Of a DNA stretch of 64,000 nucleotides, positions 37,872-50,258 are shown one piece after another. Source of the DNA: Patescibacteria group bacterium (GTDB lineage: Bacteria > Patescibacteriota > Patescibacteriia > UBA1558); contig JADHUR010000001.1 of NCBI GenBank assembly GCA_016784445.1, positions 89,128 through 153,127 on the forward strand, read 5' to 3'. Positions within the stretch are counted from its first letter, which is position 1; the number at the start of each line of letters is the position of its first letter. Below the pieces are notes generated by a model. It saw only the letters and a list, made by a program, of their open reading frames with translations, had not been told where the DNA came from and made no database searches. Position numbers and translations under genes: made by a program.

Positions 37872-39542
37872 ATGTTACAATTAAAAAAGATTTATAATAT
37901 TTTTTTTAAATCTAAATGGCAACCAATATTACTAATTGTAATCATTGGTTTTTTACTATATATTCCTTCACTTGGTTATGACTATCATTATCTAGATGAT
38001 AATATTTTAATAAAAGATAATTTCTATAAAATAAATAATCTCTCATATATCACCGACGCTTTCAAAGAAGGAGTATTCCCCGGAAGAGCTGATTCGGATA
38101 TTTACTACCGTCCATTATTAACTGTCAGCTTTATCATTGATGCCCAATTTGGTAATGAATCTTTAATATCCTTCCACTTTACAAATATACTACTTCACTT
38201 AATTTCTAGCTGTCTAATATTCTTAATATTATTAAAACTGGGAGTTAAAAAACAATTTGCGTGGTTATTTAGCTTAATATTTGTAATCCATCCAATTAAT
38301 GTCCACGCTGTTTCTTGGATACCAGGTCGTAATGACCCATTACTAGCTATAATGTTTATAGGTGCTTTCTTGAGCTTTTTACATTTTCTTAAATCAAAAA
38401 AGATTTGGCAATATATTCTATATATTATTCTATTCTTTCTAAGCCTACTCACGAAAGAAACGGCATTAGTATTACCTATTCTTACACTTATATATCTTTA
38501 TCTTATTCATAGAGAAAAAATATTCTCTAAGTTTAGTATCATTAATTTCATTGTACTAGCATCTACAACTGTAGCTTGGTTTATAATACGTAATATCGCT
38601 ATGGGTAAAGCTATAGCAGAAGATTATAATATTATCTCAAGTCTCTTGCAAAACTCCCCTGCTATTTTTTCCTACTTAGGTAAAATACTATTTATTCATA
38701 ACTTATCTGTCTTTCCAATAATTTCTGACCTTCCCCTGATATTTGGCATTATTACGTTTATAGCCCTTACTGTGGCTATATACTTTAGTAAGAATGTTAA
38801 ATGGTCAAATATAGTATTTGGAGCACTTTGGTTTCTAGGTACCCTAGCACCTTCAATGATTAAGACTGTGAGTACTCAAGCGCAAGTAGTAGAATTTGCA
38901 GAACACCGAGTCTATTTATCTTTACTGGGATTAATAATAATATTATCTCAAATTAATATTCCCATAAAGAAATATAAGAATATATTTATTATTTTAATGA
39001 TTATTACCTGCAGTCTATTCCTTGCGAAATCTATAACACATAGTAAGGTGTATGAGAACAAAACAACATTCTGGACTAATGCAGTCGAATATTCTCCTTC
39101 ATCTGCATTTAATCATAATAATTTAGGAGCAATGTATTATTTAGATGGGAATTATAATTTAGCTGAAAAAGAATGGGTAAAAGCCTCTAAACTAAATCCT
39201 CAAGAAAAATTAGTACAGAATAATCTAGGGCTTATATATGCAAGTAAAAAGGAATACGATAAAGCTTATACGGCTTACATGGCAGAACTAGCAATTAACC
39301 CAGACTATCCGAATACACATTTTAATCTTGGGCTACTGCTATATAATACAAATAATATAGAGCAAGGTATAAGTGAATGGGAAACAACTATTAAACTAGA
39401 TCCAGAATATTTCGCAGCTTATGAATATCTAGCAACTCATTATATTAATGAAAAGGACATATCTAAAGCCCAAAAATACATTAATCAGATGATTAAACTT
39501 GGTGCGACTCCTTCGAAACGATTATTAGATATTTTAGAATAG
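37872..39542 (+). CDS. multi-TM GT-C-type glycosyltransferase (PMT/ArnT-like) with C-terminal TPR repeats
   Basis: About 11 TM helices, then at least 3 TPR repeats (NNLGAMYYLDGNYNLAEKEWVKASKLNP...). Its start abuts the stop of the GT2 gene. Confidence 0.55.
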   Translation: MLQLKKIYNIFFKSKWQPILLIVIIGFLLYIPSLGYDYHYLDDNILIKDNFYKINNLSYITDAFKEGVFPGRADSDIYYRPLLTVSFIIDAQFGNESLISFHFTNILLHLISSCLIFLILLKLGVKKQFAWLFSLIFVIHPINVHAVSWIPGRNDPLLAIMFIGAFLSFLHFLKSKKIWQYILYIILFFLSLLTKETALVLPILTLIYLYLIHREKIFSKFSIINFIVLASTTVAWFIIRNIAMGKAIAEDYNIISSLLQNSPAIFSYLGKILFIHNLSVFPIISDLPLIFGIITFIALTVAIYFSKNVKWSNIVFGALWFLGTLAPSMIKTVSTQAQVVEFAEHRVYLSLLGLIIILSQINIPIKKYKNIFIILMIITCSLFLAKSITHSKVYENKTTFWTNAVEYSPSSAFNHNNLGAMYYLDGNYNLAEKEWVKASKLNPQEKLVQNNLGLIYASKKEYDKAYTAYMAELAINPDYPNTHFNLGLLLYNTNNIEQGISEWETTIKLDPEYFAAYEYLATHYINEKDISKAQKYINQMIKLGATPSKRLLDILE

Positions 39543-39550
39543 ATCAAATA

Positions 39551-39582
39551 AAAAAGAGATACAGATGTATCTCTTTTTTTTA
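39551..39582. terminator. bidirectional intrinsic terminator between the glycosyltransferase gene and gyrB
   Basis: gagatac-agat-gtatctc hairpin flanked by A6 and T9 runs. Confidence 0.55.
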
Positions 39583-39593
39583 TTATATAAAAT

Positions 39594-41636
<2,043 letters not shown>

Positions 41637-41793
41637 TTATATAATTTAATACAAAAAAAATAATGATTACTTATTGTCTTTTTATCCAGAAATCATGTAT
41701 TTCTACCCTTAGATAATAGCATATTTTAGGGTAAAAAACAACCCCATTTCTATACACGAAAAGGGGCTATTTTACAGTAAAATTTTAAGTATT

Positions 41794-42255
41794 TTAAGGC
41801 GTTGGAATATTCATATTATCCTTATCTTTCTCAAGTTTTAAAGCCTGCTTTTTCTTCTTCTCTTCCATGCTAATTCTCTTTTTCTCATCTTGCATTCTCT
41901 TCTTCTCAGCCTTTAATGCAAATTTAGCAGCTCGTGCTTCTCTTAGTCTTTCTTCTACAATAGTTCTATCTTCAAACAAAACAATAATTCCACCAAAATA
42001 TCCTGCAATAAAATTATATACAATACCAGCAAGGAGCCCAATAATAAAGGCAATAAAACCAACAATAATACTAACTAGCACTGTAGCAATTATTCCTGAT
42101 CCAAATCCTAGGAAATCAAGGCCCGTAATTGAACCAAGTCCAAAAATCAGAACAATTAAATTAATAATTATACCTATTAACAAATATATCCCTCCAGTTA
42201 TTAATCCAATTACTTTGGCTAGAGAGACAGCATCAATTTTGACAATCTCTTTCAT
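41794..42255 (-). CDS. membrane protein with charged coiled-coil C-terminus
   Basis: 2-3 Gly-rich TM helices, then a K/E-rich tail. Confidence 0.4.
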   Translation of the reverse strand: MKEIVKIDAVSLAKVIGLITGGIYLLIGIIINLIVLIFGLGSITGLDFLGFGSGIIATVLVSIIVGFIAFIIGLLAGIVYNFIAGYFGGIIVLFEDRTIVEERLREARAAKFALKAEKKRMQDEKKRISMEEKKKKQALKLEKDKDNMNIPTP

Positions 42256-42256
42256 A

Positions 42257-44686
42257 TTATTGTTTTTTAATAGTTAACTTATATTTTTTTTCTAATAAAT
42301 TCATTATCTTTGAAGTAATAACTTCAATCTCTTTTGTAGTGAGTGTTTTCTCTTCACTATATATTCTAATATGAAATGCTACAGAAAACTCCCCTGTCTT
42401 TTCATTCAAATACTTATCAAAAAGATCTATACTTCTAATTTCTTTATTCAAAGATAGAATATCTTTAGATAAGTCCTGCCAATCAATATCATTATTAAGT
42501 ATTACTGAAAAATCTTTTACTACAACTGGATACTTTGGCAATTGAACATACTCTTTACTATCTGACATATATTTAATCATTTCAGTAAAATTTAGCTCAG
42601 CAGTAGTAATAATATTCTTTAACTTTAATTTCTTTAAAATACTACTCTGTAATACGCCACAATATCCTAATAATTCATCTTGTGAATATAATGCGAGCGT
42701 TCTAGATATATCATAATAATCATGCTTAGCTATTTTCTTCCACTCATAATTAATCTCCAGTTTGTCTAGCAAATATTCAACTTCACCTTTCATTTCATAG
42801 AACAAATCTTTCTTATTATATCTAAGCCAAGATAAAATCCTTGGCTGATAAGGTAACATCTTATCTGAATCATTGTCTGCTACTTTTTTACCAGATTGTT
42901 TTGTAAATATTCTACCTAGTTCAAAAATATCTATCTCATCATACCAACGTAAATTATCTACTACATTTTTAAGTAGATTTGGTAATAGACTTATTCTTAA
43001 ATATTGTTGCTCTGGAGATAAATAATTCAATAATGCAATACAATCTTTTACATCTCCATTAATAGCTTTCAAATATTCCTCTGCTTGCCATGAATAATTA
43101 TATACTTCATTCAAAGCAAAGTGTTCTGACATTATAGATTTCACCTTATACTCTGCTTTCTTAATAGGTTGTATATCTGTTTGAGAAAGTCTAATCTTTG
43201 GCAATTCGTCTGGTATCAGGTCATAACCATAGATTCTAGCTACCTCTTCAATGATGTCCTCTGGAATACTAATATCTTTTGTTGCTCTCCAAGATGGTAC
43301 TGTAACTATAATATCTTCATCTTTAACTTTTATTTCAAACTGCAATGCTTCTAATATTTCAATAATATTCTTTAAAGGAATCTCTGTTCCAATACGTTTA
43401 AGAAGCCACGAGTAAGTAAGTTTAATAATTACCGACTCTTTCTTAGACTTATCTATATCTATTACTTTAGAAATAACTTTAGCATCAGGACATACCTGCT
43501 TTACAAGCTGTGCAGCTTTTGCAAGGGCTAGAGCTGTTAGCTCTGGATCCAAACTCTTCTCAAATCTCATAGATGCTTCAGTACGCATACCAAGTTGATT
43601 TGCTGTTTTTCTTATACTAGCTGCATGAAAATTTGCAGACTCAAGTATTATAGTATCTGTACTATCTCCTATTTCAGAATTAGCACCACCCATAACACCA
43701 GCTATTGCAATTGCTTTCTTAGAATCTGCTATTACTAAATTATCTGTATTTAATTTATGTTCAATATCATCTAAAGTCTTAATCTTCTCATCTTTCTCTG
43801 CTCTTCTTACTATTATCTTATTGCCATCAATATTATTAGCATCAAAAGCATGTAATGGTTGACCCAGGTCAAACAAAATATAATTTGTAATATCTACAAT
43901 ATTATTAATAGCTTTAACACCAATAGACTGTAAATAGTTTTTAAGCCATTCTGGTGACTTTCCAATCTTTATACCAGATATTACTACCGCTTGATAACGA
44001 GGACATAATTCTGAATCTTTAATATCTACTTTTAATTTACTACCACTACCTGACCTTATTTCATAAATCTCCAAAGGTTTCAAAGGTTTTCTTAAAATTG
44101 CAGACACTTCTCTAGCCATACCAAAATGTGACCATAGATCAGGTCTATGTGTTAATGACTTATTATCTATATCATAAACAATATCATCTATTTTCAAAGC
44201 TTTAGCAATTCCATCACCTGCTTTAAATTCTCCTTTTCCTAAATCTACAATTTCTGCTTCTGAGCCTTGTTCAAACATATGACCAAGCCCAACTTCACTA
44301 GCAGCACAAATCATACCAAAACTTTTAACACCCCTTATCTTTGTTTCTTCAAGTTCTACCAAATCTCCTTTACCATGCCATCTCACTTTAGAACCAGGCA
44401 AGGCAACAATACAATACATGTCTTTTTCTAAATTAATACCACCACAAACAATGGTAGCTCTTTCTTTAGCTCCAATATCTACCTGACAAACCTGCAATTT
44501 ATCTGCATCTGGATGTTTAACAATTTCTTTTACCTGTCCTACTACTATCTTGTCATAATCTGAACCTAAAGATTTTACTTCCTCAACTTCAACAGTAGCC
44601 ATAGTCATTTTAAGGCCAAGTTCCTTAGGATCTAAATCCTCAGGTATTTCTACATATTGTTTTAACCAATTTAAAGATATATTCAT
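42257..44686 (-). CDS. pheT: phenylalanyl-tRNA synthetase beta subunit
   Basis: tRNA-binding N-terminus MNISLNWLKQYV, plus B3/4, B5 and FDX-ACB domains; 809 aa. Confidence 0.9.
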   Translation of the reverse strand: MNISLNWLKQYVEIPEDLDPKELGLKMTMATVEVEEVKSLGSDYDKIVVGQVKEIVKHPDADKLQVCQVDIGAKERATIVCGGINLEKDMYCIVALPGSKVRWHGKGDLVELEETKIRGVKSFGMICAASEVGLGHMFEQGSEAEIVDLGKGEFKAGDGIAKALKIDDIVYDIDNKSLTHRPDLWSHFGMAREVSAILRKPLKPLEIYEIRSGSGSKLKVDIKDSELCPRYQAVVISGIKIGKSPEWLKNYLQSIGVKAINNIVDITNYILFDLGQPLHAFDANNIDGNKIIVRRAEKDEKIKTLDDIEHKLNTDNLVIADSKKAIAIAGVMGGANSEIGDSTDTIILESANFHAASIRKTANQLGMRTEASMRFEKSLDPELTALALAKAAQLVKQVCPDAKVISKVIDIDKSKKESVIIKLTYSWLLKRIGTEIPLKNIIEILEALQFEIKVKDEDIIVTVPSWRATKDISIPEDIIEEVARIYGYDLIPDELPKIRLSQTDIQPIKKAEYKVKSIMSEHFALNEVYNYSWQAEEYLKAINGDVKDCIALLNYLSPEQQYLRISLLPNLLKNVVDNLRWYDEIDIFELGRIFTKQSGKKVADNDSDKMLPYQPRILSWLRYNKKDLFYEMKGEVEYLLDKLEINYEWKKIAKHDYYDISRTLALYSQDELLGYCGVLQSSILKKLKLKNIITTAELNFTEMIKYMSDSKEYVQLPKYPVVVKDFSVILNNDIDWQDLSKDILSLNKEIRSIDLFDKYLNEKTGEFSVAFHIRIYSEEKTLTTKEIEVITSKIMNLLEKKYKLTIKKQ

Positions 44687-44687
44687 A

Positions 44688-45698
44688 CTAGAATTGCTTT
44701 AAAAACCTTAAATCTCCGCCCTGCAGCAGTCTAATGTCATCTATGCCATATTTCATCATAACAAGGCGTGTTAGACCTAAACCGAAGGCAAATCCACTAT
44801 ATTCTTTAGGATCTAGTCCACCTGCCCTTATTACATTAGGATGAACAAGTCCACATGGTAGAAGTTCTAACCAACCAGACTGTTTACAAACAGAACAACC
44901 CTCACCTTCACAGATAAGGCAATTAATATCTAATTCAAAACCAGGTTCAACAAAAGGAAAGTAGCCCGGTCTTTGTCTCACTTTTACATCTCTTTTAAAT
45001 ACAGCTCTTAAAAGTTCTTTCATAACAGCAATAACATTAGCAATAGATATATCCTTATCTATCATAAGACCCTCAAGTTGGTAAAAGGTTGAATCGTGCG
45101 AAGCATCAGTTGCTTCAAATCTAAAACATCTACCTGGAAATACAGCTCGAAGTGGAGCGCCATATTTTTTCATTGCCCTTACCTGCATTGGTGATGTATG
45201 TGTTTTTAATAAATTACCATCATCAAGCCAAAAAGTATCTTGCGTATCTCTAGCAGGATGATTATCTGGAATATTAAGGGCTGTAAAGTTAAAATATTCA
45301 GATTCCAAATCTGGACCTTCAATAACTTTAAATCCCATAGCAGTAAATATTTGCTCCAACTCATACTGCATCATTGTATTTGGATGAAGACTTCCCTTCT
45401 CTGTCTTTATACCAGGCAAAGTTAAATTATTTACCTGAATATCACCTACTGAACTATCATCAAATTTATCTGCTACTTTCTCTATTGCAGAGCCGATACT
45501 CTCTTTTATCTCATTAGCCACCTTACCAACCTTAGGCTTCTCTTCTTCAGCAATATCTTTCAAGTTCTTTAAAAGTTTTGTAAGCTCACCATTACGTCCT
45601 AAATATTTAACTTTAAGATTCTCCAGTTCTTCACTGTTTTTAATCTTATCGAACTCACTCAGAGCTTTTAATTTAATTTTCTTTAAATCATCTAACAT
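44688..45698 (-). CDS. pheS: phenylalanyl-tRNA synthetase alpha subunit
   Basis: HPARDTQDTFWL, FRFEATDASHDSTFYQLEG and FPFVEPGFELD motifs. The start is taken at Met16 (MLDDLKK) of the listed ORF 44688..45743. Confidence 0.85.
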   Translation of the reverse strand: MLDDLKKIKLKALSEFDKIKNSEELENLKVKYLGRNGELTKLLKNLKDIAEEEKPKVGKVANEIKESIGSAIEKVADKFDDSSVGDIQVNNLTLPGIKTEKGSLHPNTMMQYELEQIFTAMGFKVIEGPDLESEYFNFTALNIPDNHPARDTQDTFWLDDGNLLKTHTSPMQVRAMKKYGAPLRAVFPGRCFRFEATDASHDSTFYQLEGLMIDKDISIANVIAVMKELLRAVFKRDVKVRQRPGYFPFVEPGFELDINCLICEGEGCSVCKQSGWLELLPCGLVHPNVIRAGGLDPKEYSGFAFGLGLTRLVMMKYGIDDIRLLQGGDLRFLKQF

Positions 45699-45702
45699 AT
45701 AT

Positions 45703-46086
45703 TTATTCTTTCTTACCAGATATAGATAAGAACAAAAATTCAATTAAAGATAATATTAATATTGTAATTACTACTGTTAACCAATTAAGCTGTCCATTTC
45801 CCTTTAACATCAAGGATATAATAACTAAAATTGAAAATAGTATACCCTGTCTACCCGAAATACTTAATCTAATGCCCGTTATTTCATTACCAGCAGTTAG
45901 CATTCTAAGGAAATATCCAATTAAAGTGAAAGTGCCTGCTAGGCTAATAAATAGCGCTAAATAAAATAATAACAGAGCAAGGCTAGCACCAGTTGTGGGG
46001 TCAATAAACCTTACCACCATAACCCACAAAATCCAAGCGATGACTGTTATTAAACTTAAGTATAATAAATATTTTCTAGTTGTCAT
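45703..46086 (-). CDS. hypothetical 4-TM membrane protein
   Basis: Hydrophobic ORF; no motif. Confidence 0.4.
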   Translation of the reverse strand: MTTRKYLLYLSLITVIAWILWVMVVRFIDPTTGASLALLLFYLALFISLAGTFTLIGYFLRMLTAGNEITGIRLSISGRQGILFSILVIISLMLKGNGQLNWLTVVITILILSLIEFLFLSISGKKE

Positions 46087-46164
46087 GTAAATAATACTCT
46101 AAAAGTATACTTATTATACAATATTTTACTCATGCAGACAAATATTGCAAACTACTACAAATTC

Positions 46165-46878
46165 TTAATATTTAACTGCCTCAATAATAATATCCATAGG
46201 ATTATTAACTCTATTTTCTAATGTTGGATATTTCTTCAAAAGCTTAATGCTAGCTCTATGCTCAATTAATCTTTTTATATGAAAGTCATTATTGTAAAGA
46301 AAAGAAGAAAAGTCTTCAAATGTCCAATGCTTATCATTATAGAATATCTTTTCATTATTCACCTTAGTTGACATCGCTCTTACAGTGACACCACTCTGGA
46401 AATAATTATAGTTTTTAGGAGGTGTAATTGTATGCTGAAAATTTGGAGCAAATGGATGTAAGTCTAAGATAATTAATCTACCGCCTTTTTTCAAAGCACC
46501 ATGAGCATTCTTAATCATTTTCTGTATTTTAACTTTACTCTTCTCTTCTAAGATAACTTTAATTAGTAATGCAATATCAAATTTACTATTTAATTTTAAA
46601 GGCTTTGTAATATCTTTATTTAAAAAACTTACTTTTTTATCTAAATTTAATTTCTCAGCAATTTTTAATTGTTCCGCAGAATTATCTATTCCCACACAGA
46701 TAGCTCCCTTGTCTACGAATTTTTTTAACCAATAACCATTACCACACCCTAGATCTAAAATCTTCTTTCCTTTAATATCCCCCAATACTTTGAAAAACTG
46801 AGGGCTATTAACCTTCTCATTAGCAATACTTGGTTTTGAAAACTCTTTTGAGAACTCCTTATTATATATATTTTTCAT
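46165..46878 (-). CDS. class I SAM-dependent methyltransferase (small-molecule type)
   Basis: Motif I ILDLGCGNGYW and post-I acidic D (GIDNS). No DPPY/NPPY DNA-methyltransferase motif. Confidence 0.65.
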   Translation of the reverse strand: MKNIYNKEFSKEFSKPSIANEKVNSPQFFKVLGDIKGKKILDLGCGNGYWLKKFVDKGAICVGIDNSAEQLKIAEKLNLDKKVSFLNKDITKPLKLNSKFDIALLIKVILEEKSKVKIQKMIKNAHGALKKGGRLIILDLHPFAPNFQHTITPPKNYNYFQSGVTVRAMSTKVNNEKIFYNDKHWTFEDFSSFLYNNDFHIKRLIEHRASIKLLKKYPTLENRVNNPMDIIIEAVKY

Positions 46879-46882
46879 AATA

Positions 46883-48382
46883 TTATTTTAATTTAACTAT
46901 CTCTAATAATCTTTGGTAAATTCTTACCATGGCCATAGTGTCTAGTGCACAATAATCCAATAAGTCTTTCTTAATCTTTTCTTTCTCATCCTTAGGCGTA
47001 TCTTTATTAATCATTTTCTCCCATCTTTCACTAGCTTGATCACCTTTAGATATATTCATAGTAGAATAAGATAAATCTGGAACAACAACCGGTAATACCT
47101 TCTTAATACTAGAGCTTCCTTTAAAAGCAGGATCTACATAATAGTTCTTAGAAAAGATATGCATTAGATCGTACATCTTATCATTTATCTCATTTAAAAA
47201 ATCTGCATACTCTGGATGAAGCTGAGCTAACTTTTCATTCCTCTGCTTCTCATATGTCTTATACCAAGCAATGACTGTTCCAGAAGGATCAATATCTTCT
47301 TTCATTTGTTTAACAAGTGGCAATGTAATATCTCCTTTAGGATCTGTAATTAAAAACTCTTTATGATCAATATTCCCCTTCTCATCCATAATATGTAATG
47401 AGTATTGGAATGGTATTTGCTCATAAGCTCCAAAACCATCAAACATTGGTATGGCAGATACAAAGCCTTCATAGTCAAAGAAATATAATGGAAATACCAA
47501 TTTACCAAGTTCAGATATTATACTCTCTCTGTCAATAATAGCTGAACCTTTCTTATGTGCATTATACTGAGCAAGTTTTGCTCCAGTTAACTTCTCTGGA
47601 TTATCTATATCGTCTAAAGAATAAATACCGCGATCTATCCAATCATAGAATAACTTCTTACTTAAACCAATTCTGTTAATATCGTGTACTGAATACTCTG
47701 GTACTTCAGGATTAGAATATTTAAAGGTTGTACACTGTGCATTCCTACCACGGTATAGACACTCACACCCTTTCTCTTCATCCATGCCCAAATATTGTTT
47801 AATCTCCTCCATCTGTTTCTTAACATCCACCTGCTGCTCAACAACCTCATCACTTAAATCTACAAATATAAATAATTCCCTGTAATCTACTTCCCCACCT
47901 CTACGATACTCTTTATTCAAATGAATAACACTAGACTTAACAATCTTTAAACCACTCTTTTCAATAACAGTCTTCTGAAAAGCTAAATCATTTACATAAT
48001 GATACGGTTCTTTACGCTTAATATCATTAGAAGCTTTAACTTCATACAATTCCCAACCACCCAGTGACTTATTGTAATTCATAATATCTGCACGTATAAA
48101 AAAATCATCCTCATAGAATGTTCCCTGAAAGATTGTTTCAATACCATCATCTATTAACCTCTTAGTATCTAGTATTGCTTCATTATCTACAGATTCAACT
48201 AAAACGCCATCTACAAATAGATTCTGAGCCTCTGCATCTGCTAAATTACCTTCTTCAATAATCTTCTTCTCAAAATCTGACAATTCTACGTCATCAAACA
48301 ACTCATGCTTATGTTTTTTAAGCCAAAGGTTCTTTTTACAGAAAGTATAGTCTAAATAGTCTGTTTTAGTTATCTTAAACAT
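46883..48382 (-). CDS. DUF2779-like predicted nuclease (PD-(D/E)XK-like N-domain + DEDD-like C-domain)
   Basis: N-terminus MFKITKTDYLDYTFCKKNLWL, the YFFDYEGF...IP...YEQIPFQYSLH block and C-terminal LLDYCALDTMAMVRIY match the DUF2779 signature. The DxE / Yx3D motifs are reminiscent of 3'-5' exonucleases. Confidence 0.5.
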   Translation of the reverse strand: MFKITKTDYLDYTFCKKNLWLKKHKHELFDDVELSDFEKKIIEEGNLADAEAQNLFVDGVLVESVDNEAILDTKRLIDDGIETIFQGTFYEDDFFIRADIMNYNKSLGGWELYEVKASNDIKRKEPYHYVNDLAFQKTVIEKSGLKIVKSSVIHLNKEYRRGGEVDYRELFIFVDLSDEVVEQQVDVKKQMEEIKQYLGMDEEKGCECLYRGRNAQCTTFKYSNPEVPEYSVHDINRIGLSKKLFYDWIDRGIYSLDDIDNPEKLTGAKLAQYNAHKKGSAIIDRESIISELGKLVFPLYFFDYEGFVSAIPMFDGFGAYEQIPFQYSLHIMDEKGNIDHKEFLITDPKGDITLPLVKQMKEDIDPSGTVIAWYKTYEKQRNEKLAQLHPEYADFLNEINDKMYDLMHIFSKNYYVDPAFKGSSSIKKVLPVVVPDLSYSTMNISKGDQASERWEKMINKDTPKDEKEKIKKDLLDYCALDTMAMVRIYQRLLEIVKLK

Positions 48383-48419
48383 AGCTATATTTTAGCAAAT
48401 ATCTGTAAGATTAGCTATT

Positions 48420-49094
48420 TTGCAAGAAATAGCTAATAAGTGTAAAATGTCAATTAGTATGGATTCAAAACTACAACTAGCAGACCTCTTGAAGCTATCG
48501 ACAGCCGGATCTTATTATTTAGGTATTATGGGTAAATCTCACTACATGTGGGCAGACAATATTAATTCACTCTTAGATTCACTTTCCTTACCTCAAAAAG
48601 AAATTATAATATATAATTTTACAACACAACACAAAGAAGTTAAATATATCATTGACAAACTAACTGAGCTGCTCATTGCTCACAAAGAAATATCTAATAG
48701 ACCAATTTTTTTTAATGATACAGATGGAAATCCAGACATCTATCTAAATAAAACTAAAAAATATATTGAAGTAAAAAGGGTAAATATGTCAGACCAATTA
48801 AGAGAGCACGTTAATCAGTCAGCCGAACTAAAGGAATCTTCAGAAACAATTGACGAAAATACCTTTGATAATAATTTAACTTCCCTCTTGAAGAAAAGTA
48901 AAGACCATATAGAAAAAGGAATCACTCAACTCAAAGGAAAGAATGGTAAGTTGATAATTGTTTATTCTATTGATCCTAAAATATTAAACCATGAAAAAGA
49001 ATATAGAAGAAAATTACAGAATAGTCACCGCGACACAGAGATTACACTTGAACTTATTAATGAAAAAGAATTATTTACTACTAAAGATATATAA
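48420..49094 (+). CDS. hypothetical protein (first gene of the plus-strand hydrolase block)
   Basis: 224-aa ORF, no motif. Confidence 0.4.
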   Translation: MQEIANKCKMSISMDSKLQLADLLKLSTAGSYYLGIMGKSHYMWADNINSLLDSLSLPQKEIIIYNFTTQHKEVKYIIDKLTELLIAHKEISNRPIFFNDTDGNPDIYLNKTKKYIEVKRVNMSDQLREHVNQSAELKESSETIDENTFDNNLTSLLKKSKDHIEKGITQLKGKNGKLIIVYSIDPKILNHEKEYRRKLQNSHRDTEITLELINEKELFTTKDI

Positions 49095-49107
49095 ATAACA
49101 AATAAAT

Positions 49108-49710
49108 ATGAAAAAACAAATATTCTTAATACATGGAGGGATGACCTTCAAAAATAATAAAGACTATCAACAGTTTTTAAAAACGAGAAAAGTATCAATC
49201 GAAGAGAAGAATCGTTGGTATGATAGTTATCTAGAAAAACATTTAGGTAAGAAATTTGATATTATAAGGCCTCGCTTTCCATTGCAAGATAATGCAACAT
49301 ATAATGACTGGAAAATACACTTTGAAAGATTCTTTCCCCTCTTAAAGAAAGATATTATTCTAATTGGTGGCTCACTCGGTGGTATATTTTTAACTAAGTA
49401 CTTGTCAGAAAACAAATTTCCAAAAAAAATACTAGCTACATACATTATCTGCCCCCCATATGATGATACATTATATGGTGAAGATTTAACTGGAGGATTT
49501 AAACTAAAACCAAACCTTACACTATTAGATAGAAAAGCTAACAATGTTACATTATTATTTTCAGAAGATGACGATGTAATACCAATAGAACATGCTGAAA
49601 AGTATAGGAAGAAATTAAAGAATTCAAAGATTATTATTTATAAAAGTAAAAATGGACATTTCAAAATTTCTACATTTCCTGAAATAATTAAAATGATTGA
49701 AAAAATATGA
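49108..49710 (+). CDS. alpha/beta-hydrolase-fold serine hydrolase (RBBP9/YdeN-like)
   Basis: FLIHGG start, nucleophile elbow GGSLGG (GxSxG) and a C-terminal His in NGHF. Confidence 0.55.
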   Translation: MKKQIFLIHGGMTFKNNKDYQQFLKTRKVSIEEKNRWYDSYLEKHLGKKFDIIRPRFPLQDNATYNDWKIHFERFFPLLKKDIILIGGSLGGIFLTKYLSENKFPKKILATYIICPPYDDTLYGEDLTGGFKLKPNLTLLDRKANNVTLLFSEDDDVIPIEHAEKYRKKLKNSKIIIYKSKNGHFKISTFPEIIKMIEKI

Positions 49711-50258
49711 AATATTTAAATGAAATTAGAGAACTAGTAAAGAACGAAGCGGATGACTCTGACTGGAAGTATCATATTGCTATTGTAATTAAGTACGCGA
49801 AACAATTAGCAAAAATACTTAAAACCGATGAAGACATGGCAGAGCTCGGAGCCATACTTCATGATATCGGAAGATTAAGACATGGATCAGAAAACCACAA
49901 CGTAACAGGCGTAATTGAAGCTGAAAAAATTCTTAAAGATCACAATGCACCACAAGAAGTAATAGACGAAATTAAACACTGTGTTGAAACTCATCGTGCT
50001 ATCAAAGATTTACCTCCAAAAACCATTACTGCTAAAATAGTTATGAATGCAGATGCAATGTCTCACTTTGATGAAATACCAATATTCTTTTATTGGAAAA
50101 TTGGTGGCGATAACTTTGAAAATATATTTAAATGGGTTGAAGCTAAGATTGAAAGAGACTGGAATGAGAAATTAACACTTCCAGAAGCAAAAGAAATGAT
50201 GCGAGAAAAATATGAAGCTATTAAAGTTGTTCTTTCATCAACTAAAGAACATATATGA
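49707..50258 (+). CDS. HD-domain phosphohydrolase
   Basis: H...HD motif ILHDIGRL plus downstream H/D ligands. It overlaps the previous stop by 4 nt. Confidence 0.7.
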   Translation: MKYLNEIRELVKNEADDSDWKYHIAIVIKYAKQLAKILKTDEDMAELGAILHDIGRLRHGSENHNVTGVIEAEKILKDHNAPQEVIDEIKHCVETHRAIKDLPPKTITAKIVMNADAMSHFDEIPIFFYWKIGGDNFENIFKWVEAKIERDWNEKLTLPEAKEMMREKYEAIKVVLSSTKEHI

